Shown: positions 60,988-64,000 of the stretch, piece after piece
Layout of the letters: each line of letters begins with the position of its first letter
Position numbering within the stretch: position 1 is the stretch's first letter
From: Microthyrium microscopicum
Taxonomy: Eukaryota
Direction: 5' to 3'
DNA: 64,000 nucleotides
Assembly: GCA_010405405.1 (NCBI GenBank)
Contig: MU004242.1
Span: 1,039,769-1,103,768, forward strand
Translations under genes and position numbers: made by a program
Notes under the pieces: model-generated
What the model saw: only the letters and a program-made list of their open reading frames with translations
What the model was told of the DNA's origin: nothing
Databases searched by the model: none

Positions 60988-62523
60988 ATGCCGAAAGCAG
61001 AAGAAGTTGTAGAAAAAGTTACAACCAATCCACCAGAGCCACCATATTCAATATTCCCAAAATGGCAGCGAGTAATATACGTATATGTCGCATCCTTGGC
61101 TGCATTCGCCTCGCCAGTGTCCTCGACAATCTATTACCCGGCAATGCTCACGCTAGCGAAAGACCTCAATACATCACTGACCAATATTAGCTTGACTATC
61201 ACGACCTACATGGTACGCTTGCTTTCTCATCATTGACCATCACTAACAGCTGATCTATAGATATTCCAAGGGCTCGCGCCAACAATCATAGGAGGTATAT
61301 CTGATCGATTTGGTAGACGGCCTGCATACATCATATGCTTCACGATATACCTTGCCGCAAATATTGGTTTAGCATTGCAGACGAACTTTGTTGCTCTTCT
61401 GATTCTACGATGTGTTCAAAGTGCTGGAAGCAGCGGCACAGTGGTGTTGTCGAGCGCTGTAGTCTCGGACGTAGCCACCAGACAAGAGCGTGGTAGCTAC
61501 ATTGGCCTCTCAGCGCTGGGTAGCTCAATGGGCCCGGCGTTAGGACCTCTTATTGGGGGACTACTTACTCATTTTCTGGGATGGCGGTCAATTTTCTGGT
61601 TCCTGGCAATATATGGAGGAATCATGCTGTTTGTGTATGTGGCCTTCATGCCAGAAACAGGTCGAAACATCGTTGGCAACGGCTCGATACCACCGCAGTC
61701 CTGGAATCGTCCAGTCACCGCATATCTGAAAGCTCATCGTTCCAAGATCATAGAGCCACAACAGCCAACCCCACCAAAGTCTTCCAAGAAGCGTCCAAGT
61801 CTCCTTTCCAGCATCCCAATCCTGTTTGAAAAAGAAGTCTTTCTCACTCTCTTCTTTGGCAGTCTCGTTTATGCCGGCTACATCCTCATCATTACTGGCC
61901 TTCCCAACCAACTCGCCACCACATATGACTACAACAGCATACAAGTTGGTCTCTGCTATTTGCCTATTGGTATAGGACCGCTGCTGATCAGGCCATTCAT
62001 TGGTCGTCTCATGGACGCCAACTTCCGCCGGCACGCGCGCAAGACCGGCGTCGAAGTCGTGAAAGGTCGACAGCAGAACATTGATGACTTTCCAGTTGAG
62101 CGGGCGCGCTTGGAGATTTGTGTAGCATTCGTGTATCTCTCGAGCGCAGCTGTGATACCTTATGGATGGGTAATGACGTTGGCGCATCCGCCTTTGGCGG
62201 TAGTGTTGATTATGCTGTTTATCTTGGGAACGTGTACATCGGCGGGATTTCAGCCGTTGAGTGCGTTGATCATTGACATCAACCCGGATGATGCTGCTGC
62301 TGCGGGAGCCGCTTTTAATTTGATACGATGTGCGTTCGGAGCTGCTGCGGCCGGCTTGGTGAATTTGATGCTGGATTCGCTGGGGAGGGGGTGGACGGCG
62401 ACGATGATTTCGTTGATTTGGGTTGTTGGAAGCGTTTGCTGGTGGGCAGTGATGATATATGGGCCGAAATGGAGGAAGGAGAAAAGAGATAAGAAGGCCG
62501 AGAAGGAGGCCGGTAGTTCCTGA
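60988..62523 (+). CDS. MFS drug:H+ antiporter, DHA1/Qdr-like (exons 60988-61212, 61261-62523)
   Basis: 'PYSIF', 'IYYPA', 'GGISDRFGRRP', 'LRCVQSAGSS', 'GPALGPLIGG', 'WRSIFWFL', 'MPET'. Confidence 0.95.
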
Positions 62524-62906
62524 GGATTTTGATAGTGCCGGGCTCTCAAAAGATGATGTAGAAGCGGTAATAGACATAGCGTGTCGGACCTAGATTCGTC
62601 AATAAGTACATTAGTCTTCAACAGCGACTCTCCAAACTCCCGCTGACGGTCAGACATATACGGAACAGGAATGTCAGATAGTCACGTTAAGATTGTCCAA
62701 CCGAGCACTAGAGGATTTGAGCAACATAACAGGCATATATGAGTATATTCAGCAAAGTCGACCGGTTGAATGCTGCAGTTTGTACGAAGAAAAACATAAT
62801 CAACTCAAAAGTCCCAGCAGAAGAGCAGCATCGGCAACAAGACAACTCTGATGCTGTCTGTGTGCCCCAGGGCCAAACACCACGCTCACGTCAACCACTC
62901 ACACCC

Positions 62907-63195
62907 TTATAGACCACCGCGCAGAGCTAGGACCAAATGTAGCGTGCAGCCACCTGTCAACTCGTAGTCGTCTGCCTTCTTGTCGTCGGCCATTTGCTTG
63001 CCACCGTAGATGAGACGTTGCTGCTCCGGAGGGATGCCTTCCTTCTCTTCGACGCGCTCCTTGATTTTGGCGACTGTGTAGTCAGGTTCGATGTCGAGCT
63101 CGACTTCGCGGCCGGTAAGGGTACGGATCCTATAAGAGTTAGCTTGCGCTTAGGATGAGAGTCTGGTAGGACCAAGCGACGTACTTGATGAGCAT
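62907..63195 (-). CDS. NEDD8: Ubiquitin-like protein NEDD8/Rub1 (exons 63195-63185, 63129-62907)
   Basis: Spliced product [50 protein letters not shown]...[11 protein letters not shown], with the NEDD8-diagnostic Ala72. Confidence 0.97.
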
Positions 63196-64000
63196 TTTGG
63201 GTTGGAAGTCTGTGAGGGATGGTAGAGATAGGTGGCCCTTTGAGGGTGGGGTGGGAGCTTGCTTGATGTGGAATGTGTTGACGTTGAAGTCTCTCAGGCT
63301 AGGAGAGAGGGAGAGCGACCTTTATGAGGGATGTCGAAAGTGTTTGTCAAACAAGCAGAGGATATGCAGGTCTAGGCAGCGGCAGGCAATAATAATGCGT
63401 TGAGAGAGGCTACGACCAGATGGCTCACCTTGGAAATGGAAGTTGGAGGGGCAAAGCAGCCGAGCCTTCTTTAGTCAGCACTACAAGGCTGACCGCAAGG
63501 CTGAGAAAGCGATGTGCAATTATCAGAGATATTTTCACGAAAAGGGTAGGGAGGGTCATTCTACAAGTGGATATAATCAAGCGCCCATTATCCCTAGAGT
63601 AATTACAATAGCAACTCACCAGGAAATGTACTCGACAGTAAATCAGCCATGGCCATGTTTAAGGGTGGTGAAATAATCAGTCCACAGGTCAAGTCTTCCA
63701 CCTGTATTGTGATTACATTAGAACCAGAGACAAACACGAAATACAGTTTCATAGGTAGTTTCAGTCCTTAAGCTAAGTGAGCCTGAAATGCTTGCGCATC
63801 CACAATACAGCCTTATTCCCATGCCTCGAACCGACTAGTGTTAGTAACACCATTGTACACCTCGCACAGATTCTCGTCGCCCTTCTCTCGGTTGTCGCAA
63901 ATCATACGAAGGCGGCTCGAAAACCCGAAATGGAATGCCGGATTTGCCTCATAGCGCCATACTACTCTCCGACCAGGAAATGCTTCGAGCTGCCCCATCA

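Noticed and set aside
61588..62657. 329-aa and 135-aa antisense ORFs over the MFS gene (likewise antisense ORFs over MAD1, DPB2, TAF12, DBP3 and VPS74)
   Set aside because: Shadow ORFs opposite well-supported genes; no independent evidence.

Overview
Gene-dense window from a filamentous ascomycete (Pezizomycotina): short GT-AG introns with CTRAC/CTAAT branch sites, and a RIP-mutated transposon. About 23 protein-coding loci can be modelled. Housekeeping genes: MAD1, DPB2, a NASP/Sim3 histone chaperone, KXD1-like, TAF12, LCP5, DBP3, VPS74, mitochondrial ACP head-to-head with complex I NDUFS8, and NEDD8. Also present: a Zn2Cys6 transcription factor, an F-box protein, two MFS transporters, a GNAT, an isochorismatase-like hydrolase and several unknown proteins. 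Mobile DNA: a 214-bp TA-flanked MITE, and a ~4-kb RIP-degraded Tc1 (DD34E) element carrying ~2.4 kb of extra unexplained sequence. The most striking unannotated item is a 7-exon, ~766-aa secreted precursor (30693-28007, minus strand). It has many dibasic Kex2-type sites and three tandem 10-cysteine modules with identical intron positions, and is invisible in the ORF track. Other items: a GNAT/hydrolase/MFS mini-cluster with a duplicated CGG motif, a frameshifted DEDDh-like exonuclease gene enclosed by an inverted repeat, and a structured long intron in NDUFS8. Exon coordinates were derived by eye. No database searches were run, so family assignments rest on recognised motifs.
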